A model generated the notes under the pieces. The model was not told the origin of the DNA. It saw nothing but the letters and a program-made list of their open reading frames with translations, and searched no databases. Shown here in pieces: positions 29,348 to 40,246 of a DNA stretch of 64,000 nt. The stretch's first letter is position 1; each line of letters begins with the position of its first letter. This stretch comes from Shigella phage CT01, in the sequence record OK018184; one strand, 5' to 3'. The position numbers and the translations under genes were made by a program.

Positions 29348-30307
29348 TCACTTCCACTGCATTTCGCATGCTAATTGAATGAAAAGATATGCTAAATGTA
29401 ATTCCGTATTAGCCGCAATTCCATGATACTGGTTATTTTCACCAACAATTTCATACATACGAATAATACTTTGCGGAGTTACACGTGTATAGATTTCTTC
29501 GGCAAGTTTACCAACGAACCACGAATAATCAGCTGCATATTTTGGTGCTAAAGCTCTGAGCTGTTTAACATCTTTATTTTTGAGAGACTCAAGAACATCA
29601 TCAATAGCACCACGATCGTTAGTAACCAGTGATAAAATACCAGCATCCAAAACACCTTTAGATGAATAACTATCGAGCTCACCAATAGTTTTACGAAAAT
29701 CAGGAAAATTCTTTTTAACCAAAGCTGCTACAACTTTCATATCAGCTATAGCAATTCCTTCATGCTTACAGATTTCAGTCAATCGACGAATCATCTGCTT
29801 CATCATTTCAATTTTATCTTCATCGGTTGGTTGACCGAACGTAATAACTCGACAGCGTGACTGAAGCGGTTTAATAATACCATCAATATTGTTAGCAGTA
29901 ATAATAATACTACAGTTTGAACTATAAGCTTCCATAAAGGAACGAAGATGTCGCTGAGACTCTGCTAACCCTGAACGGTCAAATTCATCAATAACAATTA
30001 CTTTTTGACGACCATCAAATGAAGCTGCACTAGCAAAATTAGTCAAAGGACCGCGAACGAAATCAATTTTACAATCTGACCCATTCACAAACATCATATC
30101 AGCATTTACGTCATGACACAATGCTTTTGCTACAGTTGTTTTACCTGTTCCCGGAGAAGGAGAATGAAGAATAATATGTGGAATCTTACCTTTACTTGTA
30201 ATAGATTTAAAGGTTTCTTTATCAAAGGCGGGAAGAATACATTCATCGATAGTAGATGGACGATATTTCTGTTCAAGAATGTGTTCTTTTTCATTTACAG
30301 TAATCAT
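29348..30307 (-). CDS. 44: clamp loader ATPase gp44 (AAA+)
   Basis: Walker [11 protein letters not shown]; start at [17 protein letters not shown] gives 319 aa as in T4. Confidence 0.9.
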   Translation of the reverse strand: MITVNEKEHILEQKYRPSTIDECILPAFDKETFKSITSKGKIPHIILHSPSPGTGKTTVAKALCHDVNADMMFVNGSDCKIDFVRGPLTNFASAASFDGRQKVIVIDEFDRSGLAESQRHLRSFMEAYSSNCSIIITANNIDGIIKPLQSRCRVITFGQPTDEDKIEMMKQMIRRLTEICKHEGIAIADMKVVAALVKKNFPDFRKTIGELDSYSSKGVLDAGILSLVTNDRGAIDDVLESLKNKDVKQLRALAPKYAADYSWFVGKLAEEIYTRVTPQSIIRMYEIVGENNQYHGIAANTELHLAYLFIQLACEMQWK

Positions 30308-30342
30308 AATTTCCTCATTCAAGTTTTAGTGTAAATTATAAA

Positions 30343-30354
30343 GGGCCGAAGCCC
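30343..30354 (-). terminator. UUCG-tetraloop hairpin
   Basis: gggccgaagccc. Confidence 0.35.
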
Positions 30355-30358
30355 TCTA

Positions 30359-31045
30359 TTAAAAATCGTGGGTAGAATCAGCTTCAAGAGCTACTACATA
30401 ATTCGCATGTTCACCTTCAAATTTAGCAGCGCCTTGTTTACCTTTTGCCCAGAGAAGAAGTTTATAATTTCCTGGTTGCATTTTCATATTTGCCATATTG
30501 ATAATGAAATTAAATGTATTTTCACCATCATAATCACCAAGAGTCAAAGAATATTTAACACGGGTCAAAGCAGAATCTTCTACTTTGTTAAAACCGTTAA
30601 TTACAATTTTACCTTCTTTTACTGTGATAGCAATTGTATCAATCTGCAGACCGCGAGATACACGCAACAGCTGTTGAAGGTCTTCAGCTTTAATTTCAGT
30701 AACAACAGATGCTACCGGGAATGGAATTGGTTTATTAGGAGCAACTACTGTACTCGGATCGGCTGCTGGCCAAAAAATTGTTGAACGAGCATCAGCAATT
30801 TTAATATTACCATCTTCTGACTGGGAAATTTCTGCATCATCATTAACTAGAGACAGAATACCGAGAAAACCGTTCAAATCGTAAATCGCTACATCAAAAT
30901 CAATAGTGTCAGAAATATTTGCTTCTGCATAAGTTGTACCATTAACCGCGCGAGTCATAATAAATTGACCGGATTTAAGCATAATACCGGAGTTAATAGT
31001 AGCGAAATTTTTAAGCAGAGCAGTAGTATCTTTAGACAGTTTCAT
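30359..31045 (-). CDS. 45: sliding clamp gp45
   Basis: 228 aa, size and position as T4 gp45. Confidence 0.9.
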   Translation of the reverse strand: MKLSKDTTALLKNFATINSGIMLKSGQFIMTRAVNGTTYAEANISDTIDFDVAIYDLNGFLGILSLVNDDAEISQSEDGNIKIADARSTIFWPAADPSTVVAPNKPIPFPVASVVTEIKAEDLQQLLRVSRGLQIDTIAITVKEGKIVINGFNKVEDSALTRVKYSLTLGDYDGENTFNFIINMANMKMQPGNYKLLLWAKGKQGAAKFEGEHANYVVALEADSTHDF

Positions 31046-31100
31046 GTAATTTCCTTCAATTCAAATGAGATTTAATTTTATAACTAATTTAATAAAGCAA

Positions 31101-31490
31101 TTAACGATTAAAATCAGCAGCAATTGTTTCCGCAACAATTTGAGCAGCAACAATTAGACGTTCATCTGCATTACCGCAATAATCATCTTCAAGGCGTTCA
31201 CCGCATGAAGTCATAATAAATTTAGCACCAGCATTTAGAGATTCTGTCGTATGTTTGCGCATTAGTTCAATCCATTTATCACTCACTTCACGATCGATAG
31301 CTTCATAATACGCATGACGAGCAGGTGCAGATTTAATTTTATTCTGAATAACTTCCATTGTGTTATCAGAAAGAGACAAAACCCATGCTCGACGAATTTT
31401 ATTTTGGTTTTGCGGATTTGATTCAGAACGCACGTGTTTTGGCTGAATATCTTTTACATCAACAGTATAATTCACAGTAATTTTAGTCAT
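31101..31490 (-). CDS. rpbA: RNA polymerase-binding protein RpbA
   Basis: 129 aa, size and position as T4 RpbA. Confidence 0.7.
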   Translation of the reverse strand: MTKITVNYTVDVKDIQPKHVRSESNPQNQNKIRRAWVLSLSDNTMEVIQNKIKSAPARHAYYEAIDREVSDKWIELMRKHTTESLNAGAKFIMTSCGERLEDDYCGNADERLIVAAQIVAETIAADFNR

Positions 31491-31499
31491 AATACACCT

Positions 31500-31688
31500 T
31501 TAGTCATAATAATCAGTAACAGTCCAAGCTTCATTCCTGTTGGACATTATTTTCGTATATTCTGATTTAAATGCATTCTTAAGCATAGATTCAGTAACTA
31601 TATGCTCTTCATTAGAAAAATTATTTCTCAGAATATATCGTTTTATTTCAGGAATAGTTAATAGATGCTGTCCAGTTGAATATTCCAT
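31500..31688 (-). CDS. hypothetical small protein
   Basis: 62-aa ORF. Confidence 0.4.
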   Translation of the reverse strand: MEYSTGQHLLTIPEIKRYILRNNFSNEEHIVTESMLKNAFKSEYTKIMSNRNEAWTVTDYYD

Positions 31689-31743
31689 GTTTTTCCTCCA
31701 TAGAGATTATACTCTAATAAATTAAAGCATAATCTCTTATAAA

Positions 31744-33426
31744 TTAAACCATTACAGTAAATCGACCAACTTTCTTCATTTGAAGATGCTGACCATATGC
31801 TTGTGGGTCATGGTCTCTATGCGAAATAACAAAAACGTTAGTATTTTTTAAACTATCTAAAATAGTTGAAATAGCTTTTACACCTTCAACATCAGTTGCT
31901 GAATCAAAAACTTCATCAAGAATTAGTGTGTTTATTTTAACACCTGAAACTTTTTCAGCAATATCACGCCAAGTAAATAAAAGAGCAATATCAATTCGTG
32001 CTTTTTCACCTTGACTAAATGAAGCATAACTAAAATCTTCACGACCACGGGATTTAATTGTTTCATTAAATTCTTCATCTAATGTAAACACATAATCCGC
32101 TTCCATTATTTTAAGATAATGGTTAATTTGCTTATTAAATAATGGAATGTACTTTTTAATAATAGCACCTTTAATACCAGAATCTTTGAGCATGTCAGTC
32201 AAAATTCCTCTGTGGTATTTTTCCATTACTAAATTAGTTTTTGTCTTAACAATTTTATCAAGTTCTTCTTGAAGCAGTGCTATTTCATCAGCATGGTCAA
32301 TAAACTCAGATGATGCTTTTTCTATAGCCGCTTTAACTTTTTTAGCTTTATCTACCGTCGTGATTAAGGATTGCTTTTTATTGCGAATATCATTTGCCAA
32401 CGTCTGCTGGGTTTTAATATTATCTCGGTATTCATCAACAAGAACTTTTAAATTATCACGATGTGTTGAAAGCTGTTCAAACGAATGCGTGCATTCAGAA
32501 ACTTTATCTTTAATTTTAGAAACAACTTTATCACCGGAACTTAATTGTGACAAACAGGTTGGACATAATCCACCTTCGTGATACATATTAATGACTTTAT
32601 TATACGAGTCAATTTTTGATTTAATTAAAAATGCTTCTTGACCGATTTTATTAAATGCATCAGTCGGGTCTTCATCCAAAACAATATTAACTAATCTTTC
32701 ATTAGCTTCTTCTATTTCCGATTTTAACGTTCTAGCTTCTTTTGCCAAATCATCATACATGTTCTGCAGACGAGTAAGGTTATCACCAGTTAATTTTTTC
32801 TGGCGTTCAACGTTATCATTATATATTTTAATTTGTTGGATAATACTATCTTTTTTAACATCAAGCACTTGGTTTTGTGAATTTAATTCACGTATTAGTG
32901 CTTTATTAAGCTTATCCATTTCAGCTAATGTTCCTACCTCGAGCAGGTCTTCCACAAGCTTTCTTCGCGCAGGGGTCGACAAACCCATGAAAGGGGTATA
33001 CCCTGCTGTACCAAGGACAACAATCTGCTTGAAACTGGCATATGACATTCCGATAAGCTGTTCAAATTCTGCTTGGAAATCTTTACTGCTGGCAGATTCA
33101 TTAAGACGTGTACCGTTAACGGTGATTTCGAAAACGTTTGGTTTTTGTCCTCTTTTGATATAGTACTTTTTCTCATCATATTCCATCCACAGTTCAACTA
33201 AAAGTTCTTTCTTATTTGTGCTGTTTATTAATTGGCCTTTCTTTACATCACGAAATGGCTTGCCAAAAAGCCCAAATGTGATGGCTTCTAACATAGTAGA
33301 CTTACCGCCGCCATTTCGCCCAGTAATAAGAGTTTTTTGAACCTTATCTAGTTGAATGTCAATAGGATTTCCACCTACTGACATTATATTTTGATACCTA
33401 ACTCGGTTTAGTTTAAAATTCTTCAC
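31744..33426 (-). CDS. 46: recombination nuclease subunit gp46 (Rad50/SbcC-like ATPase)
   Basis: 560 aa; Walker A GRNGGGKST; coiled-coil middle; zinc hook CPTC. Confidence 0.9.
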   Translation of the reverse strand: MKNFKLNRVRYQNIMSVGGNPIDIQLDKVQKTLITGRNGGGKSTMLEAITFGLFGKPFRDVKKGQLINSTNKKELLVELWMEYDEKKYYIKRGQKPNVFEITVNGTRLNESASSKDFQAEFEQLIGMSYASFKQIVVLGTAGYTPFMGLSTPARRKLVEDLLEVGTLAEMDKLNKALIRELNSQNQVLDVKKDSIIQQIKIYNDNVERQKKLTGDNLTRLQNMYDDLAKEARTLKSEIEEANERLVNIVLDEDPTDAFNKIGQEAFLIKSKIDSYNKVINMYHEGGLCPTCLSQLSSGDKVVSKIKDKVSECTHSFEQLSTHRDNLKVLVDEYRDNIKTQQTLANDIRNKKQSLITTVDKAKKVKAAIEKASSEFIDHADEIALLQEELDKIVKTKTNLVMEKYHRGILTDMLKDSGIKGAIIKKYIPLFNKQINHYLKIMEADYVFTLDEEFNETIKSRGREDFSYASFSQGEKARIDIALLFTWRDIAEKVSGVKINTLILDEVFDSATDVEGVKAISTILDSLKNTNVFVISHRDHDPQAYGQHLQMKKVGRFTVMV

Positions 33427-33686
33427 AAAAGATTCCTTTTAATGTATCTTTTAGACCATTCTATCATATCATCATAATCTAAAAAGTATTCATCAAATTC
33501 AGCCATGCAAACAACACCTTGTGCTGCTTTTGATGTGATATAAATTATTCCAACATATCTAGAATCTTCTTCGGTGTAATCAATATTTGCTATGAATTCA
33601 TCATTAATGTCAAATGTCGAAAACTTCACAGTATGCATCCTTAATACAAGATACAGCCATATCTTGTAATGATTTAGGTGTGTCAT
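33423..33686 (-). CDS. hypothetical small protein (46.x)
   Basis: 87-aa ORF; overlaps the next ORF in another frame. Confidence 0.4.
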   Translation of the reverse strand: MTHLNHYKIWLYLVLRMHTVKFSTFDINDEFIANIDYTEEDSRYVGIIYITSKAAQGVVCMAEFDEYFLDYDDMIEWSKRYIKRNLL

Positions 33687-33873
33687 TATCTAAAATGTTG
33701 AAGTTAAAAGATACAGCCCAGTCAGTGCAGACCGTGACCTTTTTAATACAATTATCTTCAACCTCTAACGGTTCAAACCAGTATTCAATAATTTCTTTAT
33801 GCCCAATATCATCTTTTACTTCGCATTCAAAATGCTGACACATCATAACATTTTTAAATTCATCAAAAGTCAT
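33610..33873 (-). CDS. hypothetical small protein (46.x)
   Basis: 87-aa ORF, 4-nt overlap with gene 47. Confidence 0.45.
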   Translation of the reverse strand: MTFDEFKNVMMCQHFECEVKDDIGHKEIIEYWFEPLEVEDNCIKKVTVCTDWAVSFNFNILDNDTPKSLQDMAVSCIKDAYCEVFDI

Positions 33874-34889
33874 TGTGTTGCCTCTACATATAACTGATTT
33901 GCATATTGAATAAGTGCTTCACGGTCAGAATCAGTGATGTCTGGAATTGCATTAATGTATTCTTCCATCAATGTCTGAAGAGATTGAACTTCAACTTCTT
34001 CACTATCATCTGACTCGACAGAGTTATCAATCTTTGACACAACTCGTAATGAATGCACAACTTTTTCTAGTTCAGATTCGAACTTCGTTAGATTTTTGTC
34101 TACCTCAGTTACTATAACACGTACTGATAGATTTGTAAAATCTTTATAGTCAATTTTTCCCTTAAATGGATATTGAATTCGACGATGCCAGGTAGTGTTG
34201 TTTGGAATAAATTCCATTCGTTCTGTTTCTGTATCAAACATCCAGAACCCGCGAGGGTCATTCTCGTCACCTGCAGTTAGTGTCCATGGTGTCCCAATAT
34301 ATCTGACGTTAGCAGCCTCAGAGATAGTATGGAAGTGACCAGACCACACTTCCTTATAAGTCTTAAGGAAATCAGGTTCAAGGCCATGAGATTTCATTCC
34401 TTTATAAAAATAAAATCCATTCAGCTCCCAGTGACCGACACAGAAGGAAGCAGATGAAGTTTTGATGTGTTCAAGAATTTCACCAGTATTTTCTTCACAC
34501 ATCCAAGGAATTAAATCAATCAAACATCCGTCAAAATCTACTGTAGTAGGCTTATCATATACTTTAACATTAGGATATTTAGCCAAAAGCTCAGTAGAAG
34601 CATTTGGAGTTAAAGTATTTTTAAAGTGCATATCATGGTTTCCTACAACAGTATGTAGGGTAATACCAGCATCATCAAGCATTTGAACTATTTCACGTGC
34701 GAACTCCATAGTTTTATGCGTGATTGCTTTTCGCACATCAAAAATATCACCGTATTGAATCCATGTAGTAATTCCATTTTTCTTAGAATATTCTATTGCT
34801 TGTTTAATTCCATCCAACTGAATGGATTGAATCCACTCATCATCGGCTTTAACACCTAAATGCCAATCACCTAAATTTAAAATTTTCAT
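33870..34889 (-). CDS. 47: recombination nuclease subunit gp47 (Mre11/SbcD-like phosphoesterase)
   Basis: 339 aa; metallophosphatase motifs GDWHLG, GNHD. Confidence 0.9.
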   Translation of the reverse strand: MKILNLGDWHLGVKADDEWIQSIQLDGIKQAIEYSKKNGITTWIQYGDIFDVRKAITHKTMEFAREIVQMLDDAGITLHTVVGNHDMHFKNTLTPNASTELLAKYPNVKVYDKPTTVDFDGCLIDLIPWMCEENTGEILEHIKTSSASFCVGHWELNGFYFYKGMKSHGLEPDFLKTYKEVWSGHFHTISEAANVRYIGTPWTLTAGDENDPRGFWMFDTETERMEFIPNNTTWHRRIQYPFKGKIDYKDFTNLSVRVIVTEVDKNLTKFESELEKVVHSLRVVSKIDNSVESDDSEEVEVQSLQTLMEEYINAIPDITDSDREALIQYANQLYVEATQ

Positions 34890-35049
34890 ATATCAAGAAC
34901 CGTCATTGAAATGCAAAATAAAATTATTGAAATAAATCCATCTGGAGTGCTAAAGAACCCAATCCAACACGCTCTAGTGAATAGATAAAACGCTAGAAAA
35001 AGTATCACATATCCAAGAAATATCATTATATCAAACTCCGTATAAAGCT

Positions 35050-35067
35050 AAAGGGCCGAAGCCCTTT
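35050..35067 (-). terminator. UUCG-tetraloop hairpin
   Basis: aaagggccgaagcccttt. Confidence 0.4.
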
Positions 35068-36268
35068 ATTTTGTAATAATGTCAAACTGTTCTTTAAAGC
35101 AGAAGCTTGAATCTTGATGCTGATACAAAAATTCATAAGCTTTTTCGCGTTCACGGTCATAAAGAGCTCGGTCAGATGACAGTTCTTTAATACGCCCAAA
35201 TGTTGATTCCATGTCATTTTCATCAAACCAAACGATACCGCTATCATGAGAAATTAACGGAGTATTATCAACACGGAATTTTAAATTTTCACCAGTAGAT
35301 TTCCAAAATACTGGAATTGTTCCGCATGCACCAAGCTCGAGATGAGTGTATTCTAAAGAACGTTGTAGATATTTTTTATCTAATTTACTCAGCTGATAAC
35401 CAAATCCGGATTTACTCATACGTTCAAGCATTTCGCTATTTACATAACGGTCGAGAATTTGCGTTGGCAAATTAGGAGCAATTTTAATTTGGTCTACCTG
35501 ATGAAGACGATAATACTCGTATGGAATTCCTTTTTCTTTAATAGGAATGAATGCTGGAGAACGTTCCAGACCTTCCATAATAGTACTTAGTCCTGCAGGT
35601 TTAAGATGTTTTTCATGAAAATCAAACATCTGATAAAAGCCTTTCCATGTAGTAGTACGACCAATCCAACGGTTGATATTCATGTTAATTTCAGAAACAT
35701 CTTTCCAGTAGGTTGATCGAACCTTCGCAATATCCATAGGAGGCTGAAAGTTGTATACGGTCGGTGCTTCTTCAATATCATCAAACAGAGAAACTGTTTC
35801 TGGATACCATTCTTTCATCAGAACTTTATTAAAGTCACCATTATCAGAATGGCTAAAAATAACATCAGCTCGACGAACAGTTTCTTCTAATCCCAAATTT
35901 CGGCGTAAAGAAAGAGAAGAATGGTCATGCTGGTAAACTACAACACGAACCGAAGGTTTAATGTTATCAATAATTTTTTTATAGTTATTAATGGTGTCTT
36001 CTTCTACTGAAGTAGCAGGAACTGAATTGATAATTAGAATATCACAATCATTTACCAGCTTAAGGGTTTTATCGTATTCTTTTGCCAATAAAACTGGAAT
36101 TGAAAATGATTTATAATCATGCGCGCAATTACGAGTAAATGATTTATCTTTAGCATAAACCAAAGTTACTTCATGACCATTTTTAATAAACCAATCACGT
36201 TGCTCAAGAGAAAATTTAGTTACGCCACAACCTTCAAGACCTCGAGCCATAAAAATGCATACTTTCAT
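35066..36268 (-). CDS. agt: DNA alpha-glucosyltransferase
   Basis: 400 aa, exact length and position of T4 alpha-gt. Confidence 0.8.
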   Translation of the reverse strand: MKVCIFMARGLEGCGVTKFSLEQRDWFIKNGHEVTLVYAKDKSFTRNCAHDYKSFSIPVLLAKEYDKTLKLVNDCDILIINSVPATSVEEDTINNYKKIIDNIKPSVRVVVYQHDHSSLSLRRNLGLEETVRRADVIFSHSDNGDFNKVLMKEWYPETVSLFDDIEEAPTVYNFQPPMDIAKVRSTYWKDVSEINMNINRWIGRTTTWKGFYQMFDFHEKHLKPAGLSTIMEGLERSPAFIPIKEKGIPYEYYRLHQVDQIKIAPNLPTQILDRYVNSEMLERMSKSGFGYQLSKLDKKYLQRSLEYTHLELGACGTIPVFWKSTGENLKFRVDNTPLISHDSGIVWFDENDMESTFGRIKELSSDRALYDREREKAYEFLYQHQDSSFCFKEQFDIITK

Positions 36269-36320
36269 TTAATATCCTCATTGTTTTGGTTTATTTTACC
36301 AAAAATTTATAAAGCAATAT

Positions 36321-36336
36321 AGGAGCCGAAGCTCCT
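36321..36336 (-). terminator. UUCG-tetraloop hairpin
   Basis: aggagccgaagctcct. Confidence 0.35.
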
Positions 36337-36683
36337 ATCCGCATAATACACCATACAGAGGCTCATTAGAGCTTCTAAATTTTATACGTTTATGTGTTAT
36401 AGTTCCTTCTGCTTTAGCTTTATCATGAGACTCTTTAAAGCGTCTCATCATTTCTACTTTAGAGGAACGAATTTTATTATAATCTATTTCACAAGTCTGG
36501 GCGTTCATCTTTCACAGTTGCCACCATTTTTTGACTTGATAAGAATCAACCCACACTTTCATATTAGGGTCTGCTCTTACAATAGGAGGATTAACTTCTT
36601 TAATTGAACTATCATGGTATTCTTTTTCAGAAATTTTCACACAAAGATGACCATTCAAAGATTCAGTAAATCCTGCATTAATT

Positions 36684-37001
36684 TTAAGACGCTTGAATTT
36701 TACGTGTGTAAGCATCAATCATATCCTCAATCTGCGATCTAGTAGTCTTCCAAAGAATACTAATGAGTTCATCGTTATATGGCTGTTTTAGAATATCCCG
36801 ACTTTTCTTGATAGCATATTCGTATTGAGCAAAATTATTGTTTTCAGCTGCAATCTGAGCGTGTTTATAAAGACGGTTCAGTTCGCGTTTATTTTTAGAC
36901 AATAACTTATTTGCTTTTCTTTCTGCTTCAAGACGGTTCTTTTCTTCAATAGAAGAAATAAGCTTTTCCACTTCATCATTAATTTCGGGTTTATCAGTCA
37001 T
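36684..37001 (-). CDS. hypothetical protein (coiled-coil)
   Basis: 105-aa ORF. Confidence 0.45.
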   Translation of the reverse strand: MTDKPEINDEVEKLISSIEEKNRLEAERKANKLLSKNKRELNRLYKHAQIAAENNNFAQYEYAIKKSRDILKQPYNDELISILWKTTRSQIEDMIDAYTRKIQAS

Positions 37002-37002
37002 A

Positions 37003-37221
37003 TTATTTCTCTAATATAAAATAAAAATCATCATCTGTTAAATGATACCGATAGTTTAATTCTACACCATTAGATTTAAAAGCGGTATCATACGGATTTT
37101 CTGGATCAATATCAATGTCAAGAGCTAAAACTTCCCTGAGATACATTTTAAGTAAATAGGGAATAGCTTCAACTTCAGGTATTTCTTCCAAGAATCCGGA
37201 GAGGTTAATCGTTAGCCTCAT
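37003..37221 (-). CDS. hypothetical small protein
   Basis: 72-aa ORF. Confidence 0.45.
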
Positions 37222-37768
37222 ATAAAAAATCCAAACTAGGAGAATCGTCTACAACACTTTTCTTTTCAGCCCCCGGTGTTCTATAGGTTGATTCTTCGTA
37301 ATGCGTCATTTTATCGTAGATGTCTTGAATAAAAGTTTCATCTACTAACGCAACCATATCGTCGTCACGACTGTCATAGACATTGTGAACGAAGTAACTA
37401 TATTTCTTTGCAACTTCCTTACGTTCTTTTTTAATACGTTGGACGAATGCATTAAAACAAGCTTGAGTTATATATGCATGCGGGTTTTTATATTTCGTTT
37501 CATCAAAATTATGAAGCCCCTTAATAGAAGCTTCTATACCATCTGCAATCATTTCTTGTTTCCAAGATTGGGTGTATCCTGAAAAGTTGAAACGTTTAGA
37601 TAAGCCTTCTGCAATAAGCATAATGGCTAATCCGATAGTATCATTCTGACGAACTACTTTATTTGGGTCTTTATTATTTGCTAATTCTGTTTTCCAATCA
37701 ATAATAGCTTGTAAAAGCTCTTTATTGTTTACGTAATTATATTTAGGCTTAGTTTCTGACATTTTCAC
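37205..37768 (-). CDS. 55: late-transcription sigma factor gp55
   Basis: 187 aa, size and position as T4 gp55. Confidence 0.8.
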
Positions 37769-37840
37769 CTCTTAGCTCAATTCATAGATCTATTATATCA
37801 TAATATTTGAAGATCTATCTTAAAGCATAGAGGATATCAG

Positions 37841-38110
37841 TTATCTAAGTAAGCAGTATGCTTGGAATACTTTCTCCATCATCTTTTTAAATTCATGAAT
37901 ATCTATGTAATGACTAGTTAAATCAGCATGATATAAAAAGTCTAAAAACTTTTCATGTGTGCTAACATATTCGCTTTCATTTAATTCAGAAACATGGCTT
38001 TCCCAATATCCAACACCAGTCTTATTTGGGAAAAATGAAATTTTCATGTATTGGTCAACATAGAAAATTCCATAATTTTCAATAGTAATAGAAATATTAA
38101 TAAATTTCAT
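37841..38110 (-). CDS. hypothetical protein
   Basis: 89-aa ORF. Confidence 0.45.
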   Translation of the reverse strand: MKFINISITIENYGIFYVDQYMKISFFPNKTGVGYWESHVSELNESEYVSTHEKFLDFLYHADLTSHYIDIHEFKKMMEKVFQAYCLLR

Positions 38111-38328
38111 GCATTCATCAACTTAGCCGCTTCAAGAGCTGCATCTAGTGAATCAAATTGATCGACATATTCAATCAGTTTGCCGTAATTAGCGTATAAC
38201 CACCATTGGCTAAATTCATACTCAAGGATGAATCCATTTCCTTCAATTTGAGTTAAACCAATGCCATTTGTATTTACTTCATATCCGGCAAGACGTAAAT
38301 CGTTAATAAGAGCTTCGTTCATATTCAT
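38107..38328 (-). CDS. hypothetical protein
   Basis: 73-aa ORF, overlapping stop/start. Confidence 0.45.
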   Translation of the reverse strand: MNMNEALINDLRLAGYEVNTNGIGLTQIEGNGFILEYEFSQWWLYANYGKLIEYVDQFDSLDAALEAAKLMNA

Positions 38329-38651
38329 ACCTTAGCAATTTTCAGGTCAGCAAATTTTTTCTTGCGTTGATTTTTCATACGACGAATAGTTTTATCGGAA
38401 ATTTCATGTTTTTGATAAGCTTTAGATTCTACACCAAAAGCTTTAACATCAAATTCTGACAAGATATATTGAACCAACAATTCACGGACAGTATTTCGTC
38501 CAATCTTCTGATCATTCTGTTTCATCATCTGATGAAGCTCTTTTTCCCATTTATCCAAAATTTGAGGAGTTACAATATCGCCTTTTTCTAGCAAAGAAAC
38601 TACTTTATCATATGCGTAAGAATTGATGGCGTTTTTAATTTGAATAGTCAT
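38325..38651 (-). CDS. hypothetical protein
   Basis: 108-aa ORF. Confidence 0.45.
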   Translation of the reverse strand: MTIQIKNAINSYAYDKVVSLLEKGDIVTPQILDKWEKELHQMMKQNDQKIGRNTVRELLVQYILSEFDVKAFGVESKAYQKHEISDKTIRRMKNQRKKKFADLKIAKV

Positions 38652-38690
38652 ACATTATCCTCAATTACATTAAAATTTTATTATCCAAAA

Positions 38691-38706
38691 AGGGCCGAAG
38701 CCCTTA
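38691..38706 (-). terminator. UUCG-tetraloop hairpin
   Basis: aagggccgaagccctt. Confidence 0.35.
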
Positions 38707-38904
38707 GCTAAACTTTTTGGCACCCTTCCAGCCTTCGTACATCATTGCGGCTGATATTAATATTGCCCCTGAACAGCTTGAATATTTGTGATTCCAAAAC
38801 CAGTTCAGAAAAACTTCGTCATCAATACCTTGAGCTATCATATTTTCAAAGAACTGGCGACGAGCTTCAGCAATTCGTTGCGATAATTTAGATTCAGGAT
38901 TCAT
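38704..38904 (-). CDS. hypothetical protein
   Basis: 66-aa ORF. Confidence 0.4.
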   Translation of the reverse strand: MNPESKLSQRIAEARRQFFENMIAQGIDDEVFLNWFWNHKYSSCSGAILISAAMMYEGWKGAKKFS

Positions 38905-39120
38905 TTAAATTTTCCAGTTACCGTTTTCATCAATGAATTTAATCCAGTCATTTACTGACCACTTGGTCGTATCGCCTTTTGGAGCAACATTTAAAGTGTA
39001 TAATCCTTGTTTAAAAAGCATGCGTTTGATATTCATATTTTCCTCAGCTGTAACGATAGCACTCGTTTGATTTACGCTTAGCAACTCGTTGAGAAGTATT
39101 ATAATCAAAATCATCGTCAA
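38905..39120 (-). CDS. hypothetical protein with N-terminal signal/TM
   Basis: 71-aa ORF. Confidence 0.4.
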   Translation of the reverse strand: MTMILIIILLNELLSVNQTSAIVTAEENMNIKRMLFKQGLYTLNVAPKGDTTKWSVNDWIKFIDENGNWKI

Positions 39121-39337
39121 TGTAAACTGATTTTTTCAACTTTCTTACTTCACTACGCAATTGACGATTTAGCTCATCTTTAACTTCTGAATCAATGCCT
39201 TTCATTCTACGCCATTTATCAGAGCGAAAAATGTTTTCAACCATATCTTTATGACTTACACCATCAGGAGCTTTACGCTTTCCGAAATAGTCATAATCAC
39301 GTACTTTTAAATCTTTACGACGATACGTTTTACCCAT
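39044..39337 (-). CDS. hypothetical basic protein
   Basis: Track ORF 39044..39382; ATG at 39335..39337 (MGKTYRRKDLKV) overlaps the stop of the upstream small ORF. Confidence 0.4.
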   Translation of the reverse strand: MGKTYRRKDLKVRDYDYFGKRKAPDGVSHKDMVENIFRSDKWRRMKGIDSEVKDELNRQLRSEVRKLKKSVYIDDDFDYNTSQRVAKRKSNECYRYS

Positions 39338-39506
39338 GGAGTTTAATTTCCTTAGCAACTGAACTAAATACAGCACGGTCACAAATCATGTGTTTGTTCC
39401 ATTTAAGTACAGTATAATGAACATCTAGATCATCTACTGCTGTAACAATAACAATATGTCCGTTAACACGATAATACTGATCCCTTTTAATCTCTTTATC
39501 AACCAT
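39330..39506 (-). CDS. hypothetical small protein (58 aa)
   Basis: Hand-translated MVDKEIKRDQYYRVNGHIVIVTAVDDLDVHYTVLKWNKHMICDRAVFSSVAKEIKLHG; below the track cutoff. Confidence 0.4.
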   Translation of the reverse strand: MVDKEIKRDQYYRVNGHIVIVTAVDDLDVHYTVLKWNKHMICDRAVFSSVAKEIKLHG

Positions 39507-39533
39507 ATCAAATCCTCAAAGGCAATTCATATG

Positions 39534-39569
39534 TTAATAATACCACAGTTTGAACTTCTTGTAAACAAC
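39534..39569 (-). promoter_or_regulatory. T4-type early promoter
   Basis: Reverse strand GTTTAC-18 nt-TATTAT (gtaaac 39561..39566). Confidence 0.5.
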
Positions 39570-39647
39570 TTTGTGAAAATTATTTTAGGGAATGATAAGA
39601 AGCGAATGATAGTTAGAATGGTAATATACAGAATGTGAGAAAGAAAG

Positions 39648-39660
39648 GCCCAGAGGGCCC
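39648..39660 (-). terminator. hairpin ggcccagagggcc
   Basis: Inverted repeat immediately downstream of nrdH. Confidence 0.35.
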
Positions 39661-39663
39661 GTC

Positions 39664-39987
39664 TTAGTCTTCTATGATATCTCTATCATATCCAAGTGAA
39701 ATGAGAGTTTCTTTGAAGTGTTTAATGTTCTTTTGTCTAGAATCATTGATGAAAATGACTGGATAACGAATGTTAAGAGATGTAAATCCAGCGCGTTTAG
39801 CAAGAGATACAATCAGTGGACGATCATACTCAATCTTACCATTATTTGTAAGAACTTTATAGAAAGTAAAAGGAGCATTGAGCTCCTTTAGAAGTTTTGT
39901 AACTGATTGACATCCAGGACAACGACCTACTTCTTCGGGGATGCCATAGATTTCAATCTTATTCTTTAAGTTCGAGTTTTGTTCCAC
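39664..39987 (-). CDS. nrdH: glutaredoxin-like NrdH
   Basis: 107 aa with CPGC redox motif. Confidence 0.7.
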   Translation of the reverse strand: MEQNSNLKNKIEIYGIPEEVGRCPGCQSVTKLLKELNAPFTFYKVLTNNGKIEYDRPLIVSLAKRAGFTSLNIRYPVIFINDSRQKNIKHFKETLISLGYDRDIIED

Positions 39988-40246
39988 GAGAAATAATTCC
40001 TTGATAAGCCCAGTATGGCGGGTTAACAGAATTCAGTTTGTTAGTAATTTTATCCAGACGCTCATTGAATTCGCTAGAAGATAAGCCTTTTTCTGGAGAA
40101 ATTAAGCTAATCACGAAAAATATAGCAATAAAAGGAATAAGGAAAATAGCTCCAACTGCCATAAACAAAAAGAACGTTACAGTTGTAAGAAAATCAGCTA
40201 AACCTTTACGAAATTTATACATATTTACCCTTAATTGATTAACCAA
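39959..40246 (-). CDS. hypothetical membrane protein
   Basis: 95-aa ORF with a hydrophobic helix. Confidence 0.4.
   Translation of the reverse strand: MVNQLRVNMYKFRKGLADFLTTVTFFLFMAVGAIFLIPFIAIFFVISLISPEKGLSSSEFNERLDKITNKLNSVNPPYWAYQGIISRGTKLELKE

Noticed and set aside
33423-33873. Possible programmed frameshift joining ORFs 33610..33873 and 33423..33686
   Set aside because: The 29-nt overlap is equally explained by two overlapping small genes, and there is no slippery heptamer at the junction.
36392-36718. Small ORFs between alpha-gt and gene 55 (36392..36607 plus strand, 36512..36718 minus strand)
   Set aside because: Overlapping and low-confidence; the region may hold small genes but the sequence alone does not decide which frame is real.
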